Position numbers and translations under genes: made by a program
In this document: piece after piece, positions 20,801-34,300 of the stretch
Layout of the letters: each line of letters starts with the position of its first letter
Numbering within the stretch: the stretch's first letter is position 1
Notes under the pieces: generated by a model
Told to the model about the DNA's origin: nothing
The model's database searches: none
What the model saw: the letters and a program-made list of their open reading frames with translations, nothing else
NCBI GenBank assembly: GCA_040954595.2
Contig: CM082584.2
Coordinates: forward strand, 5,026,110 to 5,090,109
Direction: 5' to 3'
Length of the DNA stretch: 64,000 nt
From: Balanoglossus misakiensis
Lineage: Eukaryota > Animalia > Hemichordata

Positions 20801-23800
20801 TTTACATCACAATTCTCTGAAGAAATGTATCTCAAGTAAAATTCAACCAATGACAAATGCAGCGAAACACTTCACACTTCTTGTTGCAATTCTTGACATA
20901 AATGGAAATTAGTAATTAACTGATCAAAACACATTATAGATGAATATGAAAATGCATAGAGCAGAAATATATGCTTGAAATTAAATGGATGATACGTACC
21001 AGGATCACAAAGACCCTTTCTCTTGGGATTAGCCAAAGACAGTTCATTACATGGACTGCCACCAAGAAGCAAATCAAATGGCCCCCAATCTCGCAACTGT
21101 TGAATTGTAGAACATAATGAGGAAATGTATATATGAAACATAGCATTCTTTGAATTCAAAATATTTAAAGCTATACACCATGACATAAAAGTGTATTACT
21201 GTATCCCTATACACAGTGAGTTTGGGCACCTTGAAACTTTAGGCGTATTTAACACACATTCCGTACATACCGTTCTGTACGGCAAATTCTATTGTTTTCG
21301 GTGCCAGATGTACAATAAGACTTACTACTTGACTCATCCCACCAAATACCAAGGATGCAAATGCTATGAATGCTGGGATACAAGAAAGTAGCCAAAAAAT
21401 TGTGATCCAAAACTGATCCATGTTGAACAAAAAACAAGACAACATTGTTTCTTGACAACTTTGTTTTGATGAAAGCACTGCAAATAAAATGTGACATTTG
21501 ACACTTTGCGCTAGAATCCTACGTAAACAATTAATTGGGGCAAGTTCTTCCTTGTTAGTGACGCCTCAAAGTGTCGGATACTCACCTTCTTATTGTTGAC
21601 TTTGCGGACATCTCCAACAAAGTTGATGATGTTGACATGTGAAATCTGAGCCATTAGCACAGCATCATTGTCAATTTCTGAAGCATAGTATGCGTTTACT
21701 TTGATGCCAAGCTGTCTCAGAGCCAATATCCCTTGTGAGTCACAGAAAAATTTGAAAGTCAATGCATGTACGTGCAAAAAAGATCTCGCCAAAATGAATA
21801 ATTGGTCTCTACCGTTTATTCATTTTGGCGAGAGTTTTACTCTCATATCCTACAAACGGGATGGAAGTTGTGCGTGGTCGAACATTGATTCACTATATAT
21901 CCACATGTAGAATAACATAAATGGTGTCTTGATCAAACATAATTAAATGAAAAACGGAAGCGAGAGAGAGACTTTGTCCCTTTAATGCTGGGTTTTGACA
22001 ATTGTTATTTTCTACTAAAAGAACATAAGTCTCAAGAAAGAATCTTTAGCAACATCTCTGCGGACATTTGGAGGCAATACTAGAAACAAAAATATGTACC
22101 ATATGTGCCAGTGGACTCTTGTATCAAACATAATTAATGGGAAAATGGCATTGAGAGAGAGACTTTGTCCCTTTAATACAATTAGAACAATTTTTTTTCT
22201 GTCTCAGGCGGTAGATTTACCTGTAGCCACGCCATCAAACAGAGACAAAACTCTCAGAGGTCTTCTATCCCAGACAGGCAGAGGAATGAACAATTGTAGG
22301 CCCAAATTTCGAGAACTTTCTCTTGCGAAGAACTGCACAAGTCTCACTCTCCAATCTGCCCGACGTTGCAAAAAACCAGTGTACTCCGGTTTACACATGT
22401 AGCACATCCAGGGATCTTCTGTTTTCACCTTTGTCGGTGTCAATCAGAAAAATAATCAGAAAACAAGTGAAATCTGATAAAGTCGAATAAGTTGAATTTT
22501 TCCTGACAAACATAATCATGCAGCATCCAATTTTTGTTTTAAACCTATAAAATATTTACTAGTAATTATAAATATATGCAGATACAATTGCAATCAGAAC
22601 ATGATACTGATTTGGTGAAACAAAGTAATGCTCTAAATTCTATGATTTGCCATGATTTGTTTCCAAAGAGGTGGCATTCACAATGTATTTTAGGTCAAAT
22701 TTTCACAGCAATTTGTTTATTGTAGCATGAGGAGTTTGACAAAGTTTTTCATCTCTATTTATCCTAGGAGGGTTTCCAAATATTTGTTTGAGACACTTCG
22801 ATTGAGGAGAGTTTTGAAATTGCCCCCTCTCAGGTCAAACTGCAGCAATTTTCTTTTATTCCAAATGGAATGTGGTATTTAAATTATGAGTTAGTTATGT
22901 GTTTTTGTGGATTTTTAAGTTTGCACTATAACATCCACTTTTGAATTTGCTTCCCCCAATCACCATTCTCACTGCCCAGTGTTGGTAAGAGATACTGAAT
23001 TGAATTGAAGTGAACTGAACAATAGTTAACAATTTCAGGAATTTAAGGGGCACATGAAAATAAGTTCACTTACCTCCTCAGCTGCTCCTAGTCCTTCAAA
23101 AGCATCCACACAATTCGCACAGAAAAGGCGGGAACAGTTGAGACTGTCACAAATGAACCCAGACTTTCGCCGAGCACAAATTGAGCAGAAAACCTAGTAA
23201 AACAAAGGGTACAATATGATAAGTAAGTCAACACAGTAGATGCAGTAGTCTGCTCACATAAATTTCTAGGTTCTTTAAAATTCTGATAAAAATGTCACTT
23301 TTGTCATATCCCAAGTCAAAGCTGAAGTCACACTAAAAATTTCTTGATGATTGATAGCAAACTTCATATTCATCTCACAATTTCACAATTATTTCATGTT
23401 TTGCGTATGAGGATCATGGAATTCATAAAATGAGTTTTGAAAATTTTGTCTGTATCACAAATTCTGAAATATTTTATAGAAGTTTCCCACATCAAAATAT
23501 TAGCCAGTTCTGCCTCACCTGATAGTAATCTGGGTCATATAGGAATGTTAACCCTTGGTAATTCACCTGTAATTAGAAACAAACCCATCAATGTTGACAT
23601 ACATAGTTGATGTTATAATATACCTCATGCTAATACTGTGTCGTGATTCGCCAGAATCCGTCACGTGATAGGAAAATAGATTGACTATGAATCCCTAGGG
23701 AAATAGCAGAAAAAATATAAACCGGTCACGTGACCAGCATGAGTGCGCAGACTCGGTCACGTCAATCAGCGTCGCGTCGTCTGACACAATGGCCACTGCT

Positions 23801-26800
23801 GAATATGTCGTCTGCCAATCTCAAGAGAAAATTGCAAGATTTTCCCAACTGTTAGCATGAGGTTTATTATAAAGCACCTATAGCCTGGCCTATATTCGGG
23901 CCATAGCAGCCGTTTTTACCACCTCGTGACAGTGAGTTACCAGAATCATATGCTATTTCCCTCGGCCTACGGCCTTGGGAAATAGTATATGATTCTGGTA
24001 ACTCACAGCCCCTCGTGGGTAATACACGGCCGCTATGGCCCTCATGGCCAGGCAATAGGTGTTCATTACGAAACTTTATCTGATATACCGTGATGTGCAA
24101 CTGTCAACATTCAGTGTCACCCAAAACACAGGGATATGCAAGAAGATATTTTTCCAATAAGAGCATTTGACATCCTTATTTTGGCTTTTAAAAAGTTTAA
24201 GCAAGTTCAGTTGGCAGAAGTGGTTGTTAGTGATTTCTACCTGTGTGATACCGTAAAAACAATATATTTTCGCGAGCAATAAATTTTCGCAAAATAAGCG
24301 AGAGTCAAAAAAAGCGTAATAAAAAGCGTAATAAAAAGTCGCGTAAATTTTTTTTGAAGATAACGATGCAGTGAATGAAATAAGAGAACGCGAAAATTAA
24401 TACTCGCGAAACAGCGGTCTTTCTCGATATCGCGAAAATTTCAACTCGCGAAAATAAAATGTTTTACAGTATTTCTCTCAGAGAGACATCACTCAAGTTT
24501 TTCTGAAAGCTCACCTTACACTTTTCACACAGACCCCCTTCCACTAGAGGGTGTTCCACCACTACCTTGCTGATGCCACAGCTGACACACAAGCCTAAAA
24601 AAGTGCAGGATAAAAAGAAAATTCCATGAATTTGCAAAAGATGGAATTCATACTTAGTAGTGCAGAAAAAATGGCCTTGCCGGTTCTCATTTCTGAGGGT
24701 CTTGGTTTGCCAGCAAAAATTAATTAAATTCAAGGATAGCACAATTTCCCCTCAAAAGGGAAGATTTTTCATACAGCAACTTGGACAACATATATTGCAA
24801 CTGGAACTTTAAACCATGCATGCTTCTGGACCCTGTCAATCTTAAGTTAAAACAACAGCCATGTGTGATTCATTCCCATAAAAGTTCATAGCACAGGATT
24901 CAAATTATTATCTTTGTGAAACCCTTAGGGGCGATCAAGTCATTTCTTTCAACAAAACTAGTAACTATAAAATAACTCTCTGCTTGTTCTGACTGAAGAC
25001 ATGCAAATACATCAAGATGAATGTACCCTTTTAAAATCTTGCAAATCATTTGTTTGTTTGTTTGTAAGGCACAAAATCATACCTTTCAAGTCTACAATGC
25101 CTTTCCTTGCTTTCTTTAGTCTTTTTGCTAAAAAAAAATAGAAAATGTATACTATCATGCATGAGAATGGTGATCAGGAAAGTGTAATGTTGTAATGTAT
25201 ATTCTTTATTTCAGAAAAAAATGTTAACATGCAAACTATAGGTCTGGGAAACAGAGAAAAAAATAAAAAATGCACAGAAAATAAATAATTAAAAAAAATA
25301 AAGATTGAAGCTTTCAGTGGGTCACATTCTACAGATTCAGGAGAGTGAAGAAAACTCAGGACAATTATTTTCTCCAAGAGAAAATATTGAATTCTTCCAT
25401 ATTATTTCCCTGTGTGCAAGTCCAACTATACCAGTGAAGACTAGGTTTGGAAAATTAAATTATCAAGGTTAAAGGGTATATATAATTATGTGAAATCATT
25501 GTTTATTTACCTCGATACGCATCTGCACCAAAACGTCCGTTGATTTCTTCGTCATCACTTGTCACTTGTTCAAAGTCTACAAGTTGACAACATGAATGAA
25601 ACATTTTAATGTTGCAAGTTAAAAGTTACAGTATAAAGATTGGCCAATTGGGACTTTCTTGTTACCTTGACACCATGATTGTTCTGTCAAGATTTCCCAT
25701 TCAAGTATATTTTATGCCTGATTTCTTGAATATTCCGTATACCGTGGATCACCACGGTATACGGAATATTCACCCCTCCCCTATTAAGTCAAACTTGATA
25801 TATATATCTAGGAAGAGCAAGAACCTACATTTTAGCGAAGCACACCATACTCTCAACAACTCTCACATGCAGATAAAATTTAGTAGTACCTTCTGTTGGA
25901 TCAAGTGAAGAGGGCCCATGAGGCAGGAAGCCTTCTCTTGCCCAAAGGATCTTCTCAGCACATGATTGTAACATGCTAGGTGGTACCATCTTCTGAGGAA
26001 CTTTCTGGGGAGTGGCCTCGCCTTGTGAACCACTGTCAGCTCTATCTACTGGTTCCTTTAAATACTTGTCGGATCTTAAGACTGCAACCTTTAAAATTAA
26101 AAAAATTGAAAACTTTATTCATTTTGGCGAGTTTTTCACTCACGTGTCTACAAGTGGGATGGAAGTTGTGTGTGATCGAACGTTGATTCACTATATATCC
26201 ACATGAAGAATAACATAAACAGTGTCTTGCATCAAACATAATTAATGGAAAAAGGGCAGCGAGAGAGAGACTTTGTCCCTTTAAAAGAGACTGAAAATCA
26301 CTGAACTTGATGTAATATACAGCGCCCTCATGTGGTAATTAGGACAGAAATACTTTTGTTTTCGCACATTCAGAATTTCACATATATGGTACAGTGCTGA
26401 CATGAAAACAACAGAATATGTTTTCATGACCGACATTTTTTCACCAAATTACTGACTGATCTCCCTGATTGCAAGCTATCTACATTATCAATTGATCAAA
26501 GTACTGGTTAATGACAAAATACCTTAATAAAGTACTTACTTCAAGAACCTTCTCTATTGCATCCTGGTAGAGCTTATTTTTCTCAAAGGTTTTCATTGAG
26601 AAATAGTCGTTGAACTTGTGGAATGGCTCCAAACTTTTCACAAAAACCTGAGAAAAGTTAGTGAGTACGTGCCAGCTGTCAGTGAAGTGTACATAGTATA
26701 TTACACCCTGCAAGTCATATTTTTAACAGAATACAGTATTTAACAATTTTTGGTGCCTGGTTCTTGCATCAGTGGGTTGTCCTCCTTGCTCAAACAGAGC

Positions 26801-28085
26801 ATAATATAAAGTTACATCGATGACTTGGAATTGGAGCTCACAAGGGACTATTATTTTTAAAACACAGCATAAAAAAGTGGTCCCTGTGACACTATTGCAT
26901 AGAACCACCAATGTACCTTTGAACTTGTCGCTTCACCAAACCACTCCACCCATCTGCAATTTAGACCAGGATCTTTTTGGCCAGCCTCTACATGATGGAC
27001 GACCATGGCAGGCCACCAAGGGTATCGACCCAACCTGGCCCACACCAATTGTCCATGCATGTACTCTTCATTCGCCTGTTAGGAGAGTTGATATACAAGT
27101 CGTGTTACTGTTTAACTGCGTAGTTGTTAACATGGACAATTTCCCAGAAGTTGGTAGTCCAGAGAAAATATGTAGAGTCCGTTTCTGCCTTTGTTAACAA
27201 ACGTTCATAAACACCAATGAAGTTGTGGGGGAGATTTGAGGAAAATGTTCCCCTCAAGCACCCTAAAAATGTCCTACTGACCATAATAAATGTGAAGTCC
27301 CCCTTCCTACGTTGACTCCAATGGCAGTTTCTTGCTTCAAGGTCAAAGAATTCGATATGTCAGTGGGCAAGCATTTCAGCCAATGGAATTTCACTTTACA
27401 GAGTGTGAAACATGAGAAATATACAACACAAGGCAGTTGTGCGACTAGCTTAACAGCTGCTTTCTGATTGGTCAATATCTCGTCTGACATCGAGGGCGCT
27501 GTCATCATTAACAAGCACTACCATAAGCAGAGAAATATGATTGTGAATTACTCAACATCAATCATCTGTGTTATCTCCATTTCAAAGCTTTAAAATTTTC
27601 TTCAAAACCTATTTATGTCACCCAGATTGAAACTGATTTATTTTCCAAACAATATGATAGACCAGTTATACTCGCCTGGTGACGAAAAAGCCATCAAATA
27701 CAGTCATACATTCTGAGATCACAGAAGCAGTTGAACAGTGTGCATTTGGCTATACATGGGAAAGTGTAGGCAGAAATCTGAATGGATATCACTGCACTTT
27801 ATGATTTTTAATGCAGAGAGCACTGTGTTCAGCACTCAAGCAAGTTGCTTTATTTGTAGCCCGGAGACCAGGGCGTCGAAAAGAAACGGCGTTGTATTCT
27901 AGATCGACGCCCTGGTCTCCGGGCTACTTTATTTGCATATCTAGGTGAATAAGTTATGCATCCACGATGATATGGAGTTGCACCACCTGATGGTACGTAA
28001 CATCAGATTTGATCATACGCGATCACTATTTTAGTACGGTGACGAACACTGTGAATTGCTTAGAGATAAATGTTATACTTACCAT
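17865..28085 (-). CDS. DNMT3: De novo DNA (cytosine-5) methyltransferase, DNMT3 family (PWWP-ADD-MTase), ~616 aa, 17 coding exons
   Basis: Exons (-): 28083-28085 (ATG directly before GTAAGT; least certain), 26917-27075 (PWWP: GQLVWARLGRYPWWP...WVEWFGE), 26540-26647, 25890-26088, 25511-25576, 25083-25127, 24515-24594 / 23519-23566 / 23074-23193 (ADD Cys clusters), 22221-22428 (DPWMCYMC; motif I VLSLFDGVATG), 21586-21731 (YYASEID, GDVR), 21000-21096 (GGSPCN), 20572-20717 (FWLFENV), 19784-19869 (RARLFWGN), 19229-19298, 18802-18920, 17865-18015 (WSVPVIKHL, TAG). Total 1851 nt with no internal stop. Confidence 0.95.
18274..18459. mobile_element. Tigger/pogo-type MITE (TA TSD)
   Basis: TA|CAGTCAAACCT ... 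AGGTTCGACAG|TA with internal repeated tggccac units. Confidence 0.65.
18461..18673. mobile_element. Tc1/mariner-type MITE (TA TSD), TCGCG-rich family
   Basis: TA|CTGTAAAACACTTTATTT ... AAATAAAGTGTTTTACAG|TA; other copies at 24249-24471, 57234-57445 and a partial at ~51165-51241. Confidence 0.85.
19935..20178. mobile_element. Kolobok-like MITE (TTAA TSD)
   Basis: TTAA|AGGGAAGCAGTCGTCGCGC ... GCGTGACGACCGCTTCCCT|TTAA. Confidence 0.8.
21780..21985. mobile_element. Kolobok-like MITE remnant ending GAGAGAGACTTTGTCCCT|TTAA
   Basis: Related pieces at ~22120-22176 and ~26113-26284; internal inverted repeat ctcgccaaaatgaataa / ttattcattttggcgag. Confidence 0.6.
24249..24471. mobile_element. Tc1/mariner-type MITE, copy of the 18461 family
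   Basis: Same interior and TIRs, with an internal aaaaagcgtaat duplication. Confidence 0.8.
27857..27926. mobile_element. 70-bp TIR-only derivative of the TAGCCCGGAGACC family
   Basis: 22-bp perfect TIRs; TSD CTTTATTTG. Confidence 0.85.
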
Positions 28086-28138
28086 TTCCTAGCCTCAACG
28101 TCTAGAGCTAGTAATATAATTCAAAGAAGTTGGCCTAA

Positions 28139-28579
28139 GGGACCGTTCAGTTTTTACGGCCGGGGGGCGGCAAAATCCAGGGGGGTGTCACTTAAATTTT
28201 GAAGTCCGAAAGGGGGGTCATCTGTTTTTTTAAACGTTTAGGGGGGTCACATACTTTTGCCACCGAACTTTTTCTTTTGAGTCCACAAAATTGCAGTTTC
28301 GCGCCCTTTATTTTACAAAATTGTCTAATGTGGGAGGGGGACTTTAAGAAATTTATAATTGAGGTGTGAGGAGCCTCATTCCCTTTATTGCATACAGTGT
28401 ACATAGGATCAGGAAGGCGAATGTTTTCAGCGTGGGGGGGGGGTCATCATATTTTTGGGTCTGTCAAAGGGGGGGGGTCATCATTTTTTGGTGCTGGGTG
28501 AAGGGAGGTCGGCCTGATTTTGAAAACCGATGACACAAACTTGCCGCCCCCCCCCCAGCCGTAAAAACTGAACGGTCCC
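28139..28579. mobile_element. PIF/Harbinger-type MITE
   Basis: TIR GGGACCGTTCAGTTTTTACGGC / GCCGTAAAAACTGAACGGTCCC; TAA TSD on both sides. Confidence 0.88.
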
Positions 28580-29099
28580 TAATTCCAGTCCAGGCCTGAT
28601 TCCAATCTGTTCCTTTGAGATGAGAGCTGCATGAGTTAGGAGGCCCAATCAAATGAGAGAAATATGCACTGCCATCATGTGACGGTTTGGTGTGTAAGCT
28701 TAGTATTGACAACATGATTGAGTCAATTTGCTTTAGAGTTCATTAAAATGCAACTTTGAGCACCGTTTTTTTTTGCAAAATTTTCTTATGTGAAACCCCA
28801 CTGGCCGCGCAGTGTCGTTGTCCTTTAAGCAGGTGTGGGAGGAGAAGGACGGGTGAATGGCAGCTAAGCAGATACCAACTTTGTCAAAAATTGAAAAATA
28901 CGTTTTCCAGTGCCAAGCGTATTTTGGGGACTTGAGACTCCAACTGGCTATGACACCTAGATGCGCTGTTTATTAACATGGGAGAGGAGAAGGAGGGGCG
29001 GCTGGCGTGACGCGTCACTGGGCTACTCCCCGCAAGACTTCGCCCAAATCGCCGTCCAGTTAGAAAGGGAAGGCGCCGTGTCGTTGTCATTTAAGCAGG

Positions 29100-29785
29100 C
29101 GCAGCATATCATACGTCATCAGATCTCTAAAGAAAACAGTTAGTTTTAAGTGTTTTCTAAAAATGACCCTTTTTGGGTCTAACAGAGCGATTTTTGCTTG
29201 TGTGAGGTAAATCAGACGGCTTGTTTTGGAATATCCATCACATTTTACATAGAATAGGCATATCATACGTCATCAGATCTCCAAATGAGAAGAAAACACT
29301 TTGTTTTTGTGTTTTCTAAAAATGACTCTTTTTGGGCAAAATGTGCCAAAATGGCAATTTTGTCTTGAGTGGGATCTAAAAGACTGCTTTTTGTTATATA
29401 TAGTTGACTTTGCATACATGATCAAATCTCATTATTTCAAGAAAACAGTCTGTTGTTAGCTTTTGTCTAAAAATGAACTTTTTGGGCAAAAATGCCAAAG
29501 AGGACATTTTGTCCTGAGAAGGGGTCAATGAAACTTTTTTTGGACTAGTCGTCAAATTTTATATAGAATGGGATTATAATACATCATCAGATCACCGAAT
29601 CTAAAGAAAACATTTAATCATAAGTATTTTCTAAAAATGACCAGTTGGGGAGGGGGAGGCCAAAATGGCGATTATTGCTTGTGTGGGCCAGGGCTCAATC
29701 AGATTGAACATTTCACACATCACCAGATCTCCGAATATGAAGAAAACAGTTTGTTTATAGTTTTTTTTCTAAAAATGACCTTTAT
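29100..29785. repeat. Degenerate ~140-165 bp tandem repeat (catcagatc...aagaaaaca...ttttctaaaaatga)
   Basis: Motif recurs near 29117, 29271, 29421, 29585 and 29721; one unit recurs at 47263-47447. Confidence 0.7.
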
Positions 29786-30179
29786 ACCCCCCCCCCCAAA
29801 AAAAAGTGGCCAAAATAGCACTTTTGTATTGAGTACCGGTTCCCTCCCGCACTCAATGGGGGTGGGGGGTGGGGGTGGGCTCTGTACCTCATCTGGCAGG
29901 AAAGGAAGCACCCGTACAGAGTTCGGCTGTTGTCAGCCCCGTCGAGGTTTCGCAGTCGTCGCCACCGGTAAGTACGGGTGCTCGGGGTTCCACCGGGCCT
30001 AGTCGCATCTGCCCAGGCCAAGGGAGTGGTTAACTCCCGTAGTCGGAATCCAATTTTTCGGTCGATCCACGGTTACGCGCGTCGGAACTATTTATAAGGG
30101 GGGAGGGTCTTCCACGCACGAACACGCCATACAGCTTACGGGGGTTCCTCGCAGGCTTCCCCGGGTGGTGTTCGGCTCT

Positions 30180-30570
30180 GGCCCCGCCGAGTTGCAAGGG
30201 AACGCACCGTGGTATATAACGCATGGGGATAGGAGAGGGACGGGTGAATGGCGTGCCGCGTGTCCGAGGTCTCCCGGTGGGACGTCGCTCAATTCCCCGA
30301 CGAGTTAGCGGGCGTGGTACATGTATGTAACGCATGGAGACAGGAGGGGCGGCTGGCGTGCCGCGTGTCCGAGCTTCCCCTGGCGGGACCTCGCTCCTCA
30401 AATCCCCGCCGAGTTAGAAAGGGAACGACGTGCCGTGTCGTTGTTCTGCATGGGGATCGGAGAGGGACGGGTGAATGGCGTGCCGCGTGTCCGAGGTTCC
30501 CCGGTGGGACGTCGCTCAAATCCCCGCCGAGTTAGAAAGGATAAGCACTGCGGTAGCGGACTTTGACCCT
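30180..30570. repeat. CpG-rich ~110 bp tandem repeat, ~3 units
   Basis: gcatggg..ggagagggacgggtgaatggcgtgccgcgtgtccgag...tccccg.cgagttag repeated; related units at ~28800-29100 and 48125-48250. Confidence 0.8.
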
Positions 30571-31389
30571 CATGGCGTTTTTCTTATATAACATTTTGCA
30601 GGCCACACTTGTCAGTTTTAAATGTATGAAGCCCCCCCCCCCCCCCCCCCCCCCCCCAAGTATAGGGAACTCGACTGATGAGAATCAGTTTGACTTCTGC
30701 ACCTGAAATTGTGACATCAACCGACAAATGCAAATAAGTACAGTTTGTTTTGCATTCACGAAGAGAGTTCCTGTTTTGATTTCTAGTGAATGATTAATAA
30801 GTGTGGCCAATTTTAACTATAATTCTTATCAATGGCTCTATGTTATAAATCTGCAATTAGTTCCATAAGTGAAATAACTATTATGAGTCATGTTAAATCT
30901 CGCTTCCGCTTGCTCCAAATTGAAAATCGTAAAAATGGCTTTTAAAAAAAAACATGATACTTAAAGTGCTATTGTGTCAGTGGAGTAGGACAATTGTAAA
31001 TGTAGTATACCGGTACATTATATATCAAATCACATCACAAAACTCATAAAAGTTTAAGTTAATCACGTCATGTTTTTTTTGTCAAATACAAGTGATGTCC
31101 TTATGTTTGTGAATGAATGAATAAATGAATGCATACATGTTGATTGAACTGTCAAATACATAACTTTGTCAACTCTATTTGTTTTATGCAAACTAATTTT
31201 AGCTTTCAAACATCACGCTAAACACAAAAATCCATTAATGTGGCCTTGTCCCTAAATTACAGCAATGGCAATACAAACAAATGTGACGTACGACACACCT
31301 ACAGATACATATCAGATATCGAAGTACTTGCTGTGAATGTAATTGCGCAAGCTGCGATCAGGCCTGAGCTGCGATGTAATTTTGTCAAA

Positions 31390-34300
31390 ATGCATGCAGG
31401 TCTTCCCATCTTGGTTTTCTTCATTTCAGTGGTATTTGCAGGTAATTATGTGGTATAAATGTTCAAAAAGTTATACATGTACTTTCTGAATTGAGCCTCC
31501 AATTGTCGACAATGTGTCAGAAGAATCAGAGTTTTGTAGCTACCACTCAGTCTACCTTTTGGATACAGCCACACATTAAAATATAAAAACATCTATGCAA
31601 TTTTCTGAGTGTAAAGGAATTTGAAAGTGCAGCCAGTCAAAATAGTAGCAAAATGTAACTTATCATTTTTTATGGTAAAGACTGTATGGTATTTTAAAGT
31701 GTGATATAGCCAGCAACTTTGTAGGTTGGATTTTATTAAATATACTTCCGGGTAGCTAAGCTTAAGAGTTTGCTGATACAAAGTACACCACCAGGACTGA
31801 AAATGCTGTCACTGATTTTCTGAAGTAGTGCTGATAGTACTATAGTCTTCTTGTTAAACCAGTCTCTCACTGCATGAAAAAAATTGGTAGGTTGGAATTT
31901 TTTGTCAATTACACCATAGCTATAAATAGATAACTTCTAAACCTTTCTCATTCGTTCTTTAAAGGTGATAGTAAGAAAACTTTATTTTTCAGATGCTCGG
32001 TTAGATGTCACCTTCTATAATGATGAAGCATTACCAAGTTTAAGTGGTAGTTATTTCATAGGGGGATACTCAACTGGTGATACCATAAATACTGTAGGTA
32101 ACGATTTTGATTTTGGAAGAATCCTAGATACAGGTACAGGAGGTGCACTCCCTGCAGGTAGTTACGAGAGCACCATCGGAAACTATGCAAGAAGACTCCA
32201 CTTACCCACTGGTGCTGGTGGACCTGGTGTGTACTACTGTGATGCCAATGCTAACACTGGAGAAACTGAGAGACTGATAACAGTACAGGTTGCTGCAATT
32301 GGTAAGTTAGGAACAGATATATTACATACCTCTGACTGACATTTTGAATATTACTCAGCTATAGTTTCATGAGTGGGTTATTGATGGATGAGTGGGTGGA
32401 CAATGGAATCGATGAATGAATTTATCCATTTTTGACAATAATGTATATAAGTTCTGTTCATGGCATATAAATTATTTTACGGATGATTTGAAGATCATTT
32501 TTCAGTGTAAATTTGAATCAAGACATATTAAAATGAATGCCAATTATCTGTCTCTGTGCACTGTCAGCTGAAATCCAACCAGAGAGTCAATCCAAAACAG
32601 TGAGTTTTGGAGAAGATGTAACATTGACCATGACAACATCCATCGCTGAATCATCATTGAAATGGAAACATAATGCAATAGAGAAATCAGTATGGGATGG
32701 TCAGAGAAGTATTACAATCTCATTTGCAAACACCAGTGATGCAGGAATCTACGAATGTTACACCAATGACACCCAACGAAGTCAAGGACTGCATGGATTT
32801 ATGAGACTGATTGTCAGAGGTAATAAAAAGTGATTGACAGTGCTTATGTTATAGGCTATAGCTGCAGAACATGTGTTTACAATCTCCCTTTCTTGTTACT
32901 TTCACATGACATGGTAAGATTGGAATTTGTAAAACAATAAGGCCCCAAAATTCATTTAATATCTCTCCCTCCCAAAGAGCCTCTTGTAGTTTGAATATAT
33001 ATATATAAATAAATAATAAATACATAAATTGTTCATACATGGAGCGCCTGTATTGCTACTGTGCTATTTTTCTAACAGTGAAGATATGAGCCCGTATTTT
33101 CACCTAGTGAATATACAGAATATATATTTTCACTGTGCCCGGAACTATTTTTGAGAATGCGCTAATCATCACACAAAAAGTGTTGTGAACTGAATCAACA
33201 AATTGTCGTATTATATCAAAATCAGATGTAATTTTGTTGTGTTATACGCATTAATCACGTTGATCACCTGATCCCATCGCCCTGTCACACTTGGCTATGG
33301 GCTACTGCTGTGATCCCGGGGCGCAGATTCAAATTTCTGACCGTAATATTGTTTTACTCAGCACATTTTCACAAATCGTACTGTTTTATATGCATGTAAG
33401 ATAAAGGGGTTATTACACTAGTTTTGTCGATAAAACGGCGTATTCTCGTGATGGTCCATATTAAAATTTAAACTCGTTGCTTTCTCAACTCATAAAAATA
33501 CCGACACATCACTTGAATATGGTGTGTTATCGATTCACAACTGTGAATGTTGTTTCATTTTTCGCTAAACTTATTTGTAGGAAACCCCTAACACATTACA
33601 TCTGCAGCATATCTTTTATTTACCTTCAAATGAAATTGCCCTTTAATTTAAAATCTGAATGAAAAATCGACTGAAATTCATATTCAATTCCTATTTTAGG
33701 TTGTCCAAATGGAAAATGGGGATTACCAGACTGTCTGTCTTCATGTCCAACATGTTACAATGGAGGAATATGTAACTCTGACACTGGTGAGTGCATATGT
33801 CCGCCTGGATTCAGGGGAAGCAACTGTGAAACTGGTGAGTGGCATCATCATGTTTTTATATTTAAATATTAAGTGTTAAAAGTGATGAAATACATGTACT
33901 AATTGTGAGAAGGTTGTGCAGGTGTGAATTGGATAAGGGAAGTGTTTCACTCCATGTTGAAAAGCCCATGGTTTGGGTGGTATTGCCACTTGTCCATGTT
34001 AACAGGTATTCTTCAATTAGAAAAGGATCCCAAGAAAGGGAGTAATTTTTACTCGTTTTCAGGATTAATACTTTAAGATAACATTCTGCTGACAGTTACA
34101 AGAACAATTAAGTTGCCTAGGATTCATCAAATTATTACTAATTTAATTATAACCATAATAATTACAGTTATATTTTGAATCGTCATTGTGATTTTAGTAA
34201 ATCCATATCTCCTGAAAAGTTGCCTCTTATCTGATTGGTATGAAAGGTTCATAGGGATGGCAAAATTATGAATGTTTTAACATAAAACTATACAACTTAT

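Noticed and set aside
29637-30566. Overlapping Pro/Arg/Gly-rich ORFs on both strands
   Set aside because: A by-product of GC-rich tandem repeats that lack stop codons.
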